Positions 61,956 through 64,000 of a stretch of 64,000 bases of DNA are shown piece after piece. Both the position numbers and the translations under genes were made by a program. The DNA is taken from positions 1,824,001-1,888,000 of the forward strand of contig OZ245033.1 of the NCBI GenBank assembly GCA_965224025.1, given 5' to 3'. Origin of the DNA: Candidatus Multivorans sp. (GTDB lineage Bacteria; Acidobacteriota; Thermoanaerobaculia; Multivoradales; Multivoraceae). The notes beneath the pieces were generated by a model. It worked only from the letters and a program-made list of their open reading frames with translations, was not told the origin of the DNA and searched no databases. Positions within the stretch are counted from its first letter, which is position 1. Each line of letters starts with the position of its first letter.

Positions 61956-62709
61956 AGCGGTAGCCCAAGTGCTTCTTGCCCTTGAAGTGCCGCCGGCACT
62001 CCTTCACACAGTCGCGCCGCGTGCCGTTCTGGCGACGGCAGTTGGTCACCGTCCGCCAGTTCACCCGCGAGTTGCGCCGACAGTCCTTCTTCACCTGCCA
62101 GCTCCACCGCTTCTTCCATGTCCTGCAGCCGTTGTCATCGAGCGACCACGCGCACAAGTTGACACGCCGGAACGACTCGTTGCAGTGACCCGGGTAGCGG
62201 TAGGAGCGCAGCGGCTGCGCTACCGACTGCGGCGCTGGAGCAAGCGAAAAAGGGTCGGCAGGGAGGTTCTCCACGGGGCCGTACTCCCACTCGTACCAGT
62301 CGACGCCGAACTCGATCGCCTTCTCGCGGTACCGCTGAACCACGCCGTACAGATGCATGACTTCGCTCTCATCCTAGTCTGCGAGGGCGAAGTAGCTGCG
62401 AATCTCCGCGGCCGTCCCGAGCAACGGCAGCGGCTCGGGCGGCGGCGGCGGGTTCTTCATGTACTCGCGATAGTCGCTGCCCTCCGGGGCGAATGCCTCG
62501 AACTCCTCGGCGAACGCCTTGATCTCCGCCTCGGTGTCGAGGCTGGCGAACCACTCCGCCTCATCGGAAAGCAGGTCGATCTCGGCCATTCGCAGGTGGA
62601 AGGCCAGGTCGTATTCCTCCAACATCTCCCTGTCGGTCATCGTGCTGGCCAGGACCCGGAGCTCCGAACGCATGGAGTCCGCGTCCTGGAAGTCCGGCAA
62701 CAGGCGCAC
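61942..62709 (-). pseudogene. Acidic-prodomain plus Cys-rich cationic peptide gene with in-frame TAG, 5' end lost
   Basis: ORFs 62374..62709 and 61942..62358 are in the same frame, separated by TAG plus 5 codons; C-terminal ~88 aa has 8 Cys and is K/R/W-rich. Confidence 0.55.
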
Positions 62710-63279
62710 TGGGGGTTCGTGGGGGTCTGGTCGGCCGGCAGCGCCAGCAACAGCACGGCTAGCGCTGTGCGAGACACGACAACGGAGAACGTGAAGGTCT
62801 ACTACCGGGAGGCCAACGACGGCCTGGAGGGAATCGCAGACCGCTCAGCGTTCTCGTGCAGTGACGCGGCGGCGCCCGACCCCGAGCCGGAACCGGAGCC
62901 AGACCCCGAGCCGGAGCCTGAGCCCGCGTGCAGCGACAGGACCTGCCTGTTGCAGGACGGTCGCTTCAGGGTGAAGGCGTGGTACGTGCTGGCCGGCGAC
63001 GCCAAGAGCCGAGCGGCCAACACCATAGATGTGGACCTGGGCGCGCCTGCGGGACTGTTCGCCTTCGACGCCGGAGAGCCGGAACTGTTGGTGAGAATCA
63101 CCGATCGCTGTGCGTGGAACGGGCACTACGCGGTGTACGCCGCCGCGGGGTCGGATGCCGTGCGGTACAACGTGGCGGTGAGGGACACGGAGACGAATGA
63201 GCTCAGGTGGTTCCGCGGCCGGTACGGCGCGGTGGTCATGGACAGCGCGGCGTTTCCCTGTACCGGGGCCGCTCACTAA
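62706..63279 (+). pseudogene. C-terminal fragment of an Acidobacteria-type repeat-domain surface protein with a PE linker
   Basis: CLLQDGRFRV...ELLVRITDRC..NGHY...VRDTET...DSAAFPC; (PE/PD)n linker at ~62875-62925; no start or signal peptide. Confidence 0.65.
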
Positions 63280-63318
63280 CCGGGCCGATCACGGCCCACC
63301 AACCAAGAGGATCACTGG

Positions 63319-63597
63319 ATGGGACCTGAGTGGTTCATCGCCTCCGTCACTGCTGCGCTCAAAGCCATCGAGATGTTCAGGAAGGACCCGAAACGAGACT
63401 CCGTTGACGACGACGGGATCAACAACGACCTGGCTCTTGCCGAGATCCGTTTCAACTCGACCCTTACGCTCGTTTGCGCCATGGCACTCCTGGCGGCTGA
63501 GGCCGACACTTCCAGCCCTAAGTTCGAGACCGGCCTTGAGCGCCTCCTGAAAGACGCTACGAAGGACTATGAAGAAGCGCTTTCACGCTACTCCTGA
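63319..63597 (+). CDS. Hypothetical protein (possibly truncated)
   Basis: 92-aa ORF with AAGAGGA RBS. Confidence 0.45.
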   Translation: MGPEWFIASVTAALKAIEMFRKDPKRDSVDDDGINNDLALAEIRFNSTLTLVCAMALLAAEADTSSPKFETGLERLLKDATKDYEEALSRYS

Positions 63598-63769
63598 CGA
63601 GCCCTGACAGCAGACGCGCCCGGGCCCGTCGCTCCTCCATCTCCCATGCTCGCATCACATGGACCTCGATTACCCGGAGTGCCTGCCGAACGTCATCGGC
63701 GGTCTCAAAGACCATCGGCATCTGATCCTCGCCCGCGCGAGTCCGTCTCGCCGGATTCAAACTGAGACA

Positions 63770-64000
63770 CTACCCGATACCGCGCCCGCAGCAGCAACGC
63801 CCCAAGCAGTTTGAAGAGATTGAGCGAAACGGAGTCGGCCGCAATCACCTCGTCCTCGGCGACGCCGAGCAACGGAGCAATCCGCGCCCCAATCCGTTCA
63901 GGCAGCTCGAGCCAGTCGTGCCGGTTCCAGGCGGCGACCATATCCGTTCCCCACTCCCCGGCAATCAGCCCCTCCGCGCGCGCCAGCATCGTCCGTGGAA
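63770..64000 (-). pseudogene. kynU: Kynureninase 5' fragment, truncated by the island end
   Basis: EWG...AWN..DWLELP.RIGARIAPLLG...EVIAADSVSLNLFKLL, then loses similarity at the inverted repeat. Confidence 0.8.

Larger units (their letters stand above)
59701..63776. mobile_element. Island bounded by 20-bp inverted repeats
   Basis: CGAGTATTGTCTCAGTTTGA (59701-59720) versus reverse complement of 63757-63776, CGGGTAGTGTCTCAGTTTGA (18/20 identical); the right end coincides with the kynU breakpoint. Confidence 0.6.

Noticed and set aside
62374-62376. Pyrrolysine recoding of the TAG
   Set aside because: No pyl genes in the window, TAG is a normal stop in many genes here, and the region is otherwise decaying.
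62875-62925. Short tandem repeat (CCCGAG/CCGGAG)n
   Set aside because: Encodes a Pro-Glu/Asp linker with synonymous variation; not an independent element.
63557-63760. 67-aa minus-strand ORF
   Set aside because: Starts inside the inverted repeat with no RBS or recognisable motif; likely spurious.
59701-63776. Integron cassette array interpretation of the island
   Set aside because: No intI, no attC-like RYYYAAC...GTTRRRY hairpins seen, and the sites are inverted rather than direct.

Overview
GC-rich bacterial window, probably Acidobacteriota of the Thermoanaerobaculia type and possibly host/sponge-associated. This is inferred from a VWFA-Acidobacterial-type gene, an Oar-type TonB receptor, an Acidobacteria-typical repeat-domain fragment and an ankyrin protein. 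Largely intact modules: acyl-CoA dehydrogenase; TonB receptor; an ACIII/Qrc-like respiratory operon; an Atu/Liu-like biotin-dependent acyl-CoA carboxylase operon; a surface-glycan locus with heptose and C-methyl-sugar enzymes; a cobalamin riboswitch with btuB; recC-recB-recD; and a heme c/copper monooxygenase fusion. Decaying accessory DNA lies between them: several toxin-antitoxin modules, IS630, IS1634, an rve-type IS, and broken NucS-like and restriction-modification genes. The most notable unexplained structures are (i) a ~4.1 kb island bounded by 20-bp inverted repeats that truncates kynU and carries a SLATT-like effector plus an acidic-prodomain/8-Cys cationic peptide next to an acidic lipoprotein, (ii) a 431-bp TA cassette flanked by a 35-bp direct repeat that rebuilds the host gene start, (iii) a REPIN/MITE-like structured element, and (iv) tandem TTCTCC-N9-GGAGAA palindromes ahead of an AAA_14 gene. 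No tRNA, rRNA or CRISPR array was seen. Family assignments come from motif recognition by eye; no database searches were run.
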